Notes: a model not told the origin generated them from the letters alone. A stretch of 44,017 nt of DNA from Flavobacteriales bacterium (GCA_047625765.1 JBLHRE010000001.1:1-44017); one strand, 5' to 3'; shown: positions 28,536-38,238, counted from the first letter of the stretch. Translations and numbers: made by a program.

Positions 28536-28618
28536 GTTGGTTTAGGAGTTTAATATTCCTTTCAATTATATAAAAATCCGAATCATTACTGATTCGGATT
28601 TTTTTTGCTGAAAACTTT
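28536..28618 (+). repeat. right copy of the 83-bp perfect direct repeat (duplicated tsf 3' end + terminator)
   Basis: Identical to 21895-21977. It begins 7 nt after the stop of the 592-aa ORF. Confidence 0.95.
28572..28606 (+). terminator. duplicated copy of the tsf terminator, now terminating the islet genes
   Basis: Same hairpin and T-run as 21931-21965. Confidence 0.8.
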
Positions 28619-28680
28619 CGTTCAGCTTTAAACAACAATTGGTATTTTCGCAACAGATAAATCCAATAGCAAGAGATAGC

Positions 28681-29388
28681 ATGCATTACAAAAGAATATT
28701 ATTGAAGTTGAGTGGTGAAGCGCTAATGGGCGAAAAACAGTATGGAATTAATCCCGAACGGTTGAAATCATATGCCAATGAAGTCAAACAAGCAGTTGCT
28801 TCTGGTTGCGAGGTTGCAATTGTAATTGGAGGTGGAAATATCTTTAGAGGGTTACAGGCAGCGGAAAGTGGAATGGACCGTGTTCAAGGGGATCACATGG
28901 GTATGCTAGCAACAGTTATCAATGGTTTGGCACTACAGTCGGCATTGGAACAGTTGGATGTAAGTACACGTGTTTTATCTGCCATTAAAATGGATCAGGT
29001 GGCTGAACCTTTTATTAGAAGAAGAGCCATTCGCCATTTAGAAAAAGGACGTGTCATTATTTTTGTAGCAGGAACGGGTAACCCTTATTTTACGACAGAT
29101 ACTGGAGCTGCCTTAAGAGCTATAGAAATTGAAGCAGACGTTATTTTAAAAGGAACGCGTGTAGATGGTATTTACACGGCAGATCCCGAAAAAGATCCTA
29201 CTGCGACTAAATTCGATAACATCACTTTTAGCGAGGTATACGAAAAGGGATTAAACGTAATGGACATGACTGCTTTTACACTTTGTAACGAAAACAACTT
29301 GCCCATTATCGTCTTTGATATCAACAAACATGGAAACCTGAAACAGTTGGTAGAGGGGATATCTGTTGGAACCTTGGTAAATGCTTAG
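28681..29388 (+). CDS. pyrH: UMP kinase
   Basis: [23 protein letters not shown] and [10 protein letters not shown] motifs. The start is taken at the ATG at 28681, because the ORF start at 28639 adds 14 non-conserved residues. Confidence 0.95.
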   Translation: MHYKRILLKLSGEALMGEKQYGINPERLKSYANEVKQAVASGCEVAIVIGGGNIFRGLQAAESGMDRVQGDHMGMLATVINGLALQSALEQLDVSTRVLSAIKMDQVAEPFIRRRAIRHLEKGRVIIFVAGTGNPYFTTDTGAALRAIEIEADVILKGTRVDGIYTADPEKDPTATKFDNITFSEVYEKGLNVMDMTAFTLCNENNLPIIVFDINKHGNLKQLVEGISVGTLVNA

Positions 29389-29430
29389 GCATTTGAGATA
29401 AAATTATATTTTTACGCAAAACTATACATC

Positions 29431-29994
29431 ATGAACGAAGAAGTAAGCTTTATTCTGGATAGTGCTAAAGAGCAGATGCAAAAAGCGCTAAAACATTTGG
29501 AAACAGAAATGCTAAAGATCCGTGCAGGGAAGGCAAACCCTGTAATGTTACAAGGGATAATGGTAGATTATTATGGATCTATGACTGCTCTTGCACAAGT
29601 TGCAAATGTTGGAACGCCAGATGCTAGAACACTTACTGTTCAGCCATGGGAGAAAGCAATGATCGAACCGATTGAAAAAGCGATTTTGAACTCCAACCTT
29701 GGATTTAATCCAATGAACAATGGAGATCAGATTATGATTAATATACCGCCACTTACCGAAGAGCGAAGAGGTGGTTTGGCAAAACAAGCAAAAGCAGAAT
29801 GCGAACATTGTAAAGTGAGTGTTCGAAATGCTAGAAAAGATGCCAATGATGAAATCAAGAAATTAGGTAAAGATGGCTTGTCTGAAGATCTTGCAAAAGA
29901 TGCTGAAGCACAAATACAGAAAATAACAGATGCTCATATCTCTAAAACAGATGAGTTATTTGATTCGAAAGAAAAGGATATTATGACCATTTAA
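29431..29994 (+). CDS. frr: ribosome recycling factor
   Basis: 187 aa, with ...LKIRAGKANPVMLQGIMVDYYGS...PLTEERR... typical of RRF. Follows pyrH. Confidence 0.95.
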   Translation: MNEEVSFILDSAKEQMQKALKHLETEMLKIRAGKANPVMLQGIMVDYYGSMTALAQVANVGTPDARTLTVQPWEKAMIEPIEKAILNSNLGFNPMNNGDQIMINIPPLTEERRGGLAKQAKAECEHCKVSVRNARKDANDEIKKLGKDGLSEDLAKDAEAQIQKITDAHISKTDELFDSKEKDIMTI

Positions 29995-30012
29995 TGGTTT
30001 CTAATATACGTG

Positions 30013-30044
30013 CAAAGGCTACCTTTTGGTGGCCTTTGTTGTTT
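30013..30044 (+). terminator. probable intrinsic terminator after frr
   Basis: CAAAGGCTACC / GGTGGCCTTTG stem (one G-U pair) with a TTTT loop, followed by TTGTTT. Confidence 0.55.
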
Positions 30045-30111
30045 AGAATGGCTAGGCAACTTGTAACACTAAATACGTGTCTTTTCTTTGTGCACCCAAA
30101 CAGGATTTTAA

Positions 30112-32526
30112 ATGAAACACATATTATCTCTTTTTGCCTTTGTAGCGGTATCCTTTTATGCGAATAGCCAATACTTGGTTAAAGGAGTAATTTCTGATGC
30201 GAAAACATCAGAAGCTTTGGCTTTTGTAAATATCGTAGTAGAAGGAGCAGCGTTTGGTACAACAACGGATCTAGACGGTCGATTCCGTTTCGAATTACCA
30301 AAGTTTCCAAAAGGAATTTTGTTTAGCTATATAGGTTACAAACCTGCCATATTGGATTCGGTTCAATTGACATCTCAATCACTGGATGATTTAAAAATTC
30401 GACTATCGATAGACAATGAAGTGCTGCAGCAAGTAGATTTGATTGCCAAAGAAAATCCTGCCCATAGAATTATTAGAGCTGCAGTTGCCAATAGAGAACT
30501 ACACAAGCCAGAGAATTATCCTTCGTTTCGTTACAATTCTTACAACAAGTTTGTGCTTACAATGAATCCCGATTCATTGACCTTACCAGATACGCTAATG
30601 ACTCCGATTGATTCTACTAGGGCAGAAATGGTAGATTTTTTACAAACTAAGCATATCTTTTTGATGGAATCGGTGAGCGAGCGCAAGCGAAAATCAGATA
30701 AGGAGGACAGCGAAAAGGTTTTAGCGACAAGAATTTCAGGATTCGAAAACCCTGCCTTTGCGATGTTGGCTACAGAGTTTCAATCTCTGTCGTTTTACAA
30801 CGATTATATTTCTGTTTTATCTCAGCAGTATCTCTCACCTTTAAGCATAGGGAGCACAAAAAAATATTTTTTCCGGTTAAAGGATACCTTGTATCGTGAA
30901 GCAGATTCAATTTTTGTAATTCAGTTTGAACCTCGTAGAGGGACTAATTTTGCGGGTGTAAAAGGGGCCCTTTACGTTTCTACCGATGGATTTGCAGTAA
31001 CCAATGTGTTGGCAGAACCGGCCAAAAAGGAGGGTATTGGAGTAAGTGTTCAGCAACAATACAAGAAAACAAATACAGGGTATTGGTTTCCGCATCAGCT
31101 CAATGCCGATTTTGTTTTCCCAAATGCCCGCATCAATGGATTTCCTCCCGTAGGTATTAGTAGAAGCTATCTGAAAAATATCGAAGTTGGTATTGATTTC
31201 GAGAAAAAAGAAATTGCCAAAGTCGATTTGATAATTGATGATAAGGCTGCTAAACAATCAGACTCCTTTTGGAATCAATACAGAGAAGATACTTTATCGG
31301 CTAAAGAAAAAGGGACCTATGTATTTATCGATAGCCTGAGTAAAGCGGAGAGCCTTGAAAAGAAATTAAAGCTTTATCAAGCTGTTTTAAGCGGTGTTTG
31401 GCCTGTTGGCCCTGTAGAGTTGGATTTGGATAGGTTAATTTATTACAACGAATATGAGGGCTTAAGGTTGGGGCTTGGAATGCATACCAGCGATAAATTA
31501 TCGGAACATGTAAAAATTGGCGGCTACACCGCTTATGGGTTAAAGGATAAAGAATGGAAGTATGGGGCAGATATAGATTTTACGATAAATAAAATCTGGA
31601 ATTGGCACTTTGGCTATGCTTTTATGAATGATGTTAAGGAATCGGGGAAAATCACATATCTTTCAAAGAAGGCATTGTTTGGTTTGACGGACATCCGAAG
31701 CATTTATGTTTCTGGGAATCGCGACAGAATTAAGCGACACAGCTTGTACAACAGTATTTACCTTTTGCCAACATTGCATTTCAAGCAGAGTTTTCAGGTA
31801 GAGGAATATACCCGAATAGAAGATTATCTATATCTGGCGGGCGATTGGCAGATGGAGCAAGACCCAAACACTTTCAATTTCACCAATATTAGAGCCGAAT
31901 TTGAATTCAAACCAAACGAAAGGGTAATCCAGACAAGTCAGGGGAGGATGTCTTTAAATAAGTCCTTTCCTATTTATAATTTGAATATAGAACAAGGGAT
32001 AAATGGCTTGTTCAATTCTCAATTCGATTATACAGCAGTTCATTTTAAAGTGCATTACCAATGGGGGATTAGAAATGCGGGTAAATTAGAAGCTAGAATA
32101 TCTTTAGGGAAAGTGTTTGGAGAGGTGCCATATTCTAAATTAGTAACAGGATATGGAAACTCGGTAGACAAATTTGCAGTTTCTAGCCCATTTAGTTTTG
32201 AAACTATGGGGCTGGCAGAATTTGCGAGTTCGGAATATGCATACTTGAATTTAGCACATGACTTTGGGACATTATTGATCAATAAAAAGTACTTCCATCC
32301 AAGTATTCGAATTGTACACAACATGGCAATTGGTTCTTTTGCGAATAGTAATGAGCATCAAATTGAAAGAAAAAACTTAGAAAAAGGATACCTGGAAAGT
32401 GGGATAGAATTCAATAAAATCCTATCCACAATAGGCCTTGGCGTGTATTATCGATATGGGCCAAATGCTCTGGAAGATGCCAAGGAAAACATAGCCGTAA
32501 AAATGACGGTAAGCCTTCCTTTTTAA
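30112..32526 (+). CDS. CarboxypepD_reg-like domain protein, DUF5686-type putative outer-membrane protein
   Basis: Signal peptide. N-terminal YLVKGVISDAKTSEALAFVNIVVEG...TTDLDGRFRF (carboxypeptidase-regulatory-like fold). The ~700-aa remainder is aromatic-rich with alternating beta-strand character and ends in ...VSLPF. The family assignment is from memory and not searched. Confidence 0.65.
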   Translation: MKHILSLFAFVAVSFYANSQYLVKGVISDAKTSEALAFVNIVVEGAAFGTTTDLDGRFRFELPKFPKGILFSYIGYKPAILDSVQLTSQSLDDLKIRLSIDNEVLQQVDLIAKENPAHRIIRAAVANRELHKPENYPSFRYNSYNKFVLTMNPDSLTLPDTLMTPIDSTRAEMVDFLQTKHIFLMESVSERKRKSDKEDSEKVLATRISGFENPAFAMLATEFQSLSFYNDYISVLSQQYLSPLSIGSTKKYFFRLKDTLYREADSIFVIQFEPRRGTNFAGVKGALYVSTDGFAVTNVLAEPAKKEGIGVSVQQQYKKTNTGYWFPHQLNADFVFPNARINGFPPVGISRSYLKNIEVGIDFEKKEIAKVDLIIDDKAAKQSDSFWNQYREDTLSAKEKGTYVFIDSLSKAESLEKKLKLYQAVLSGVWPVGPVELDLDRLIYYNEYEGLRLGLGMHTSDKLSEHVKIGGYTAYGLKDKEWKYGADIDFTINKIWNWHFGYAFMNDVKESGKITYLSKKALFGLTDIRSIYVSGNRDRIKRHSLYNSIYLLPTLHFKQSFQVEEYTRIEDYLYLAGDWQMEQDPNTFNFTNIRAEFEFKPNERVIQTSQGRMSLNKSFPIYNLNIEQGINGLFNSQFDYTAVHFKVHYQWGIRNAGKLEARISLGKVFGEVPYSKLVTGYGNSVDKFAVSSPFSFETMGLAEFASSEYAYLNLAHDFGTLLINKKYFHPSIRIVHNMAIGSFANSNEHQIERKNLEKGYLESGIEFNKILSTIGLGVYYRYGPNALEDAKENIAVKMTVSLPF

Positions 32527-32614
32527 GTGTTTTTTATATCTTTTAAATTCGGAGAATTGTTGCTAATTTCGTGACTCCAATTATTTAAAGGCATTCACGG
32601 ATTTTCGGGGCACT

Positions 32615-35026
32615 ATGTGGGCAGCAATAGCCAGAATTATTCTTCGCAACAGACTGTTGTTTTTGATCCTCATCGGTTTGGTTACAGCCTTTATGGCGTA
32701 CCAAGGACGATCGATTCAAATGTCGTATCATTTTGCACGATTGTTGCCAATTGACGATCCTGTTAGTTTAGAATATCAAAGATTTAAAGACGTTTTTGGA
32801 GAGGAGGCCAGTCTTATGGTCTTGGGAATTAACGATTCCTCGATATTCGAATTGGAACACTTTAGATCTTGGGCAGTTCTTGCCGAAAATCTTAAAAAGG
32901 AAAAAGGAGTCACCAATGTAGTTTCTGTCACCGATTTATACGATCTAAAAGTCAACGAAGAAAAAGAGGAGTTCGAATTTGTCCCTCTTTCCGATGGTTT
33001 ACCCGAAACCCAAGAACAAGTAAATGCAATTCGTGATCGATTAAACGAGCTTCCAATTTATAATGGAGTGCTGCTTAATAAGGAAACGGGAGCTGTATTA
33101 ATGGTTATTTCCTTAGATAAGGATATAATGGATACAGAAAAAAGAGTGCAGCTTATCGAAGAGCTTGACACCATGATTAACGCATTTTCTGTAGGTTCGA
33201 ACATTGTTGTTCACCGCTCGGGATTGCCATACATCAGAACAAGAAATGCACAGAGCATAAAAAAGGAGATTAACATTTTTATTATGATGGCCATGGCGGT
33301 CACGGCACTGATTTTAATGTTATTTTTCAAATCCTTCAAAGCCATGCTGTTTAGTATGTTGGTAGTGGCTGTAGGTGTTGTTTGGTCTGTAGGGATTATT
33401 GGAATGTTTGGTTACGAAATCACCATTCTTACGGCATTAATTCCACCACTGATTATTGTAATTGGAGTCCCCAATTGCGTTTTCCTCCTCAATAAATACC
33501 ATCAAGAGTACCGCCATCACGGAAATAAAATGAAGGCGCTTTCTCGCGTAATTCAAAGAATTGGAAATGCAACATTAATGACCAATGCTACAACAGCATC
33601 TGGTTTTGCAACATTTATTCTTACGCAAAGTGGTATTCTGGTAGAGTTTGGTGTAGTTGCATCCATCAGCATACTTTGTGTGTTTGTACTTTCCATATTA
33701 CTAATACCTATTATTTTTAGTTTAATAGCCCCGCCTAAAACGAGTCAAATGCGTCACTTAGAGAAAAAATGGGTGAATGGATTTGTAGAGTGGATGGTGC
33801 GTATTGTGCAATACCATCGCCCGGGTATTTATATTTCGATGTGTATTCTTATTGTAGTCGCATTTTTTGGGGTAAGACAAATAAGGGTCACGGGAAGTAT
33901 TACAGAAGATATTCCTAGAACCGATAAAATCTATATCGACCTAAAATTCTTTGAATCGAACTTTAGCGGAGTAATGCCATTTGAGGTTGTAATAGATACC
34001 AAGCAACCCAATGGTGTAATGAAGATTTCAACGCTTCGAAAAATGGATCAGTTGAGCGAGGTGCTCAAAAAGTATCCAGAGGTGTCTCGTGCAATGTCCA
34101 TTTCCGATATGGTTAAATTTGGGCGACAAGCATTTTACAATGGCGATCAGAAGTTTTACGAAATCCCAAATGCCCAGGAAAAGAATTTTATTCTAGGCTA
34201 CTTACCAGAAGACGATAGCAAGATGTCTATGGCCTCTACTTTTTTAGATAGTACAAGATCTATAGCTAGAATAAGCGCAGGTATTGCTGATATCGGAACC
34301 AGCGAAATGGCCGTTTTACAAGAGTCTTTGCAAAAAGAAATTGAAGCAATATTCGATTCAGAGCGCTACGATGTATCGGTTACCGGCACCTCTGTGGTTT
34401 ACTTGGCTGGAACCAGATATTTAGTAAAAAACCTATTTATCAGTTTGATGTTGGCAGTAGTGCTTATTGCTTTATTCATGTCTTGGATGTTCCGTTCGGC
34501 AAGAATGGTAGTTGTTTCCTTATTGCCCAACCTTATTCCTTTGTTGTTTACAGCTGCAATTATGGGTTATGCAGGAATTACCATTAAACCTTCGACAATT
34601 CTGGTATTTAGTATTGCTTTTGGTATTTCTGTAGATGATACCATCCATTATTTGGCAAAGTACCGTCAAGAATTAAATGCAAGAAACTGGAATATTAGAC
34701 TTTCTGTTATTGCGGCATTAAGAGATACTGGAGTAAGTATGATTTATACTTCAATCGTATTATTCTTTGGCTTCTCTATTTTTACAGCTTCTCAATTTGG
34801 AGGAACTATTGCTTTAGGGATGTTGGTATCTATTACCCTAATGATAGCAATGATTTCGAATTTGATTTTACTGCCAACTTTGTTATTGACTCTTGAAAGA
34901 TATATTACCACGCGTTCATTTAAAGAGCCAATGATTCATATTTTAGATGAAGAGGAGGATATTGATTTAGATGAATTGGAAGTAGAAGGGAAGATTGGTT
35001 TACCCAAAGAAATACTAGAAGGATAA
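32615..35026 (+). CDS. MMPL/RND-superfamily transporter (two 6-TM bundles, two large periplasmic loops)
   Basis: TM1 is followed by a ~190-aa loop and 5 TMs (...GVPNCVFLLNKYHQEY...), then a second TM + loop + 5 TMs (...FGISVDDTIHYLAKYRQE...). This duplicated topology is typical of HpnN/MMPL-like RND exporters. Confidence 0.8.
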   Translation: MWAAIARIILRNRLLFLILIGLVTAFMAYQGRSIQMSYHFARLLPIDDPVSLEYQRFKDVFGEEASLMVLGINDSSIFELEHFRSWAVLAENLKKEKGVTNVVSVTDLYDLKVNEEKEEFEFVPLSDGLPETQEQVNAIRDRLNELPIYNGVLLNKETGAVLMVISLDKDIMDTEKRVQLIEELDTMINAFSVGSNIVVHRSGLPYIRTRNAQSIKKEINIFIMMAMAVTALILMLFFKSFKAMLFSMLVVAVGVVWSVGIIGMFGYEITILTALIPPLIIVIGVPNCVFLLNKYHQEYRHHGNKMKALSRVIQRIGNATLMTNATTASGFATFILTQSGILVEFGVVASISILCVFVLSILLIPIIFSLIAPPKTSQMRHLEKKWVNGFVEWMVRIVQYHRPGIYISMCILIVVAFFGVRQIRVTGSITEDIPRTDKIYIDLKFFESNFSGVMPFEVVIDTKQPNGVMKISTLRKMDQLSEVLKKYPEVSRAMSISDMVKFGRQAFYNGDQKFYEIPNAQEKNFILGYLPEDDSKMSMASTFLDSTRSIARISAGIADIGTSEMAVLQESLQKEIEAIFDSERYDVSVTGTSVVYLAGTRYLVKNLFISLMLAVVLIALFMSWMFRSARMVVVSLLPNLIPLLFTAAIMGYAGITIKPSTILVFSIAFGISVDDTIHYLAKYRQELNARNWNIRLSVIAALRDTGVSMIYTSIVLFFGFSIFTASQFGGTIALGMLVSITLMIAMISNLILLPTLLLTLERYITTRSFKEPMIHILDEEEDIDLDELEVEGKIGLPKEILEG

Positions 35027-35029
35027 ATT

Positions 35030-35893
35030 ATGAAAGGGATCATACTTGCAGGCGGCTCGGGTACAAGGTTACATCCATTAACTTTGGCGGTAAGCAAGCA
35101 ACTAATGCCTATTTATGACAAACCCATGATTTACTATCCATTGTCAACATTGATGATGGCTGGAATTCGCGAGATCTTAATTATTTCTACCCCTCACGAT
35201 ATGCCTTTGTTCCAAAAATTATTGGGAGATGGTAAAAATTTGGGTTGTCAGTTTACATACGCCATTCAAGAAATTCCAAATGGCTTAGCACAAGCCTTTG
35301 TTATTGGAGAAGACTTTATTGGAGATGATTCGGTGGCCTTAGTTCTTGGCGATAATATCTTCTACGGACAAGGAATGGAAACCTTACTTAAAGAGAATTC
35401 CAATCCTGTAGGAGGGGTCGTCTATGCCTACCATGTTTCAGATCCAGAACGATACGGAGTAGTGGAGTTTGATGAAAATCAGAATGCTATTTCCATAGAA
35501 GAAAAACCAATAAAACCTAAATCTAGATACGCAGTACCCGGCTTGTATTTTTACGACAACCGAGTAGTATCCATTGCCAAGGGATTAAAGCCAAGTGCCA
35601 GAGGCGAGTATGAAATTACAGATGTAAACAAGCAATATTTATCGGAAGGCAACTTAAAAGTTGGTATTTTGGATAGAGGAACAGCTTGGTTAGATACCGG
35701 TACTTTTCAATCGTTAATGGCTGCTGGTCAGTTTGTGCAAGTTATAGAAGAGCGCCAAGGATTAAAAATTGGTTGTGTCGAAGAAGTAGCTTACCGTCAA
35801 GGATTTATCAATAAGGAGGGTTTAAAAGCCTTAGCCACACCACTGGTTAAAAGTGGGTATGGCGAATACCTTATTTCTATTATAGCAGAATAA
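35030..35893 (+). CDS. rfbA: glucose-1-phosphate thymidylyltransferase
   Basis: [18 protein letters not shown]...[17 protein letters not shown] is nearly canonical RmlA. 287 aa. Confidence 0.95.
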   Translation: MKGIILAGGSGTRLHPLTLAVSKQLMPIYDKPMIYYPLSTLMMAGIREILIISTPHDMPLFQKLLGDGKNLGCQFTYAIQEIPNGLAQAFVIGEDFIGDDSVALVLGDNIFYGQGMETLLKENSNPVGGVVYAYHVSDPERYGVVEFDENQNAISIEEKPIKPKSRYAVPGLYFYDNRVVSIAKGLKPSARGEYEITDVNKQYLSEGNLKVGILDRGTAWLDTGTFQSLMAAGQFVQVIEERQGLKIGCVEEVAYRQGFINKEGLKALATPLVKSGYGEYLISIIAE

Positions 35894-36864
35894 TGCATTC
35901 CATTAAAGACTTACAACAAGAGTTCGGACAAGCCTTAAATAGCATGTCTGCAACGGGAGAGCCTCGCGAGCTGTATGAGCCAATTCGCTATTTATTGTCT
36001 ATTGGAGGTAAGCGCATGCGCCCGGTATCGGTAATGTTAGCTTGCGAATTGTTTGGAGGCAATGTAAATGATGCCATTTACCCAGCAATGGCCATAGAGG
36101 TGTTCCATAATTTTACATTGATGCATGATGATATCATGGACAATGCGCCAAAAAGAAGAGGGCAAGATACGGTTCACGAAAAATGGGACATAAACACAGC
36201 TATTCTTTCCGGAGACGCCATGCTGATTCAGTCCTATAAATTCTTAGAGCACCTAAAACCAGGATTACTGACTTCTGTTTTTCCACTATTCAATCAGACA
36301 GCTATCGAAGTTTGCGAAGGACAGCAATTAGATATGAATTTCGAAACGGCTGATGATGTTACCATTCCGGCCTATATAAAAATGATTACCTATAAAACAG
36401 CGGTGCTTTTAGCTGCTGCTTTAAAAATAGGGGCATTAACTGCGGGAGCTGACGAAAAAGAGGGCGAACATTTGTATTTGTTTGGGAAGCATTTAGGAAT
36501 AGCTTTTCAAATTCAAGATGATATTTTAGATGTTTTTGCAGACCAGGAGAAATTTGGAAAGCAAGTTGGAGGAGATATCATTAGTAATAAAAAAACCTTT
36601 TTGCTTTTAAAGGCTATGGAGCAATCTACTCCACAGCAAAAGCAAGAGTTATATGATTTGTTACATGGTAATCACACGCCATTTGATAAGGTTGGTGGTG
36701 TTACTTCATTATACAAAGTGTTAAATATCCGCACTTTGGCTGAGCAGGAAATGGAAGAACATTATTCTAAAGCCATTTCTTATTTAGATATAATTGATGT
36801 TGCCGAAGACAAAAAATCTGTTTTAAGAGAGCTAGCAACCTTTGTGAAAGTGCGAGAAGTATAA
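35893..36864 (+). CDS. polyprenyl diphosphate synthase (trans-isoprenyl diphosphate synthase family)
   Basis: First Asp-rich motif LMHDDIMD and second QIQDDILD. TAATG overlap with rfbA. Chain length cannot be judged from the sequence. Confidence 0.9.
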   Translation: MHSIKDLQQEFGQALNSMSATGEPRELYEPIRYLLSIGGKRMRPVSVMLACELFGGNVNDAIYPAMAIEVFHNFTLMHDDIMDNAPKRRGQDTVHEKWDINTAILSGDAMLIQSYKFLEHLKPGLLTSVFPLFNQTAIEVCEGQQLDMNFETADDVTIPAYIKMITYKTAVLLAAALKIGALTAGADEKEGEHLYLFGKHLGIAFQIQDDILDVFADQEKFGKQVGGDIISNKKTFLLLKAMEQSTPQQKQELYDLLHGNHTPFDKVGGVTSLYKVLNIRTLAEQEMEEHYSKAISYLDIIDVAEDKKSVLRELATFVKVREV

Positions 36865-36894
36865 GATTATAGTATCGAACGGTTTTACCACATA

Positions 36895-37746
36895 TTGGGC
36901 ATTAAGCCAGGGGCAACAAAACAAGAAATAAAAAAAGCTTTCAGAAAAAAAGCTTTGCAATTACACCCCGATCGCAACGCTGCTCCCAAGGCTAAAGAAC
37001 AATTTCAAGAAGTTTTAGAGGCCTACGAAATCTTATACGAAGGCAAAGCCTTGTACAAAAGAATAAAAGTAAAAAAGCCTAGATATACGAATCCACAAGG
37101 GAAAACCGAAAGGGATAAGCACGAAAGACCTTACACTTCGGAAGAGCGGGTTAAGGCCAAATTGGATGCAAGAAGAAAGCATTCCGATAAGATGGCTAAG
37201 GAATTTCGACAACAAGAAATACGTTACGATAATTTTAAGAAAACCATTAGTTATAAGTTGGTTATGGCTTATGCTGCACTTAGTGTAGCCTTAGGCTTTT
37301 TTCTTTTTTTAGATCAAATTCTACCTAATAAAACGGAGCTGGTTACGGTAAGTAGTACTAGGGTTGAAACATTCCAAGTTCAAGGATATGGAACCTACAA
37401 AAGATACTTCGCAGAAGTCTGTTACCAAGAGTGGGAAGTAGGTGCGTATCAATACAAATACTTTCAAACGAACCCCATGGCTTGGGTAGAATACACTCCT
37501 TTGCTAGAGGTGGTTAGGGATATTCAAGTAAAAGAAGGGAATGTAGTCGAGCAGGAGGATGTAAGTAACATGGTGATACTCCCTTATATGTTGCTTTTAA
37601 CCCTTTTTATTTTTTTAGCCGAAGGCCCAAATTATGGCTATTTCAAGACCATAGAATTAACCATCTTTGTTTCATTAATAGGCTTGATATTGTTTTGCAT
37701 GTTTAGCGATGGATTCACCCGATTATTAGGAATTTATGGCTGTTAG
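36895..37746 (+). CDS. J-domain (DnaJ-like) membrane protein
   Basis: ILGIKPGATKQEIKKAFRKKALQLHPDRN with the HPD motif, then a basic linker and about 3 predicted TM segments. The only canonical start is the TTG at 36895, although J-domain similarity continues upstream (see findings). Confidence 0.75.
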   Translation: MGIKPGATKQEIKKAFRKKALQLHPDRNAAPKAKEQFQEVLEAYEILYEGKALYKRIKVKKPRYTNPQGKTERDKHERPYTSEERVKAKLDARRKHSDKMAKEFRQQEIRYDNFKKTISYKLVMAYAALSVALGFFLFLDQILPNKTELVTVSSTRVETFQVQGYGTYKRYFAEVCYQEWEVGAYQYKYFQTNPMAWVEYTPLLEVVRDIQVKEGNVVEQEDVSNMVILPYMLLLTLFIFLAEGPNYGYFKTIELTIFVSLIGLILFCMFSDGFTRLLGIYGC

Positions 37747-38113
37747 TTTTAAAGATATTATAGTAACAGAAAACGAGATAATGTCACTAGAGCATCAAAC
37801 GTCTTGGGATAAGGTTGTAGCTCAAATCAGCAAAGATTTGCTTTGGGGCGAAATTCCATTTGTTTGGAAATCATCGGTAGAGCTAGCATACAAAGAGATG
37901 TATGAGTTGTTAAATGGCTGGGTAATTCATTTTATGGAAAAAGACCCGGAAGTTTTAGCGCAAGGCCTATATCGAGTAGATGTACCAGAGATAGCAATAG
38001 CTAAAGCAGAAATGGTCTATCCAGAAATGATGCCATCAGAAATAATGGCACATGGCATATTAAGAAGGTGTATTCAAAAAATTCTTTTAAGACAACGATA
38101 TAGCCAAAAATAA
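37736..38113 (+). CDS. hypothetical protein (125 aa), translationally coupled to the J-domain protein
   Basis: The ATG at 37736 overlaps the upstream stop by 11 nt. I recognise no motif. Confidence 0.6.
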   Translation: MAVSFKDIIVTENEIMSLEHQTSWDKVVAQISKDLLWGEIPFVWKSSVELAYKEMYELLNGWVIHFMEKDPEVLAQGLYRVDVPEIAIAKAEMVYPEMMPSEIMAHGILRRCIQKILLRQRYSQK

Positions 38114-38208
38114 GCGGCTTGGTATTATTCGGATTTGATGTAATTCATTTGGTTCTTTTGAAGTGTAAAAAACACATCCACTCGCTTTACTCCTTGTAAA
38201 AAAGGGTG

Positions 38209-38216
38209 TACTTTTG
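38209..38216 (+). promoter_or_regulatory. Bacteroidota-type -7 promoter box TACTTTTG upstream of sucA
   Basis: Exact TAnnTTTG match 23 nt upstream of the sucA ATG. It is the same octamer as at 18369. Confidence 0.5.
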
Positions 38217-38238
38217 TCAAAATTTTTCGTAGCTAATT

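Noticed and set aside
28402-28686. 94-aa minus-strand ORF across the right repeat copy and the pyrH start
   Set aside because: Same artefact as above. It overlaps the 3' end of the 592-aa gene, the terminator and the pyrH start.
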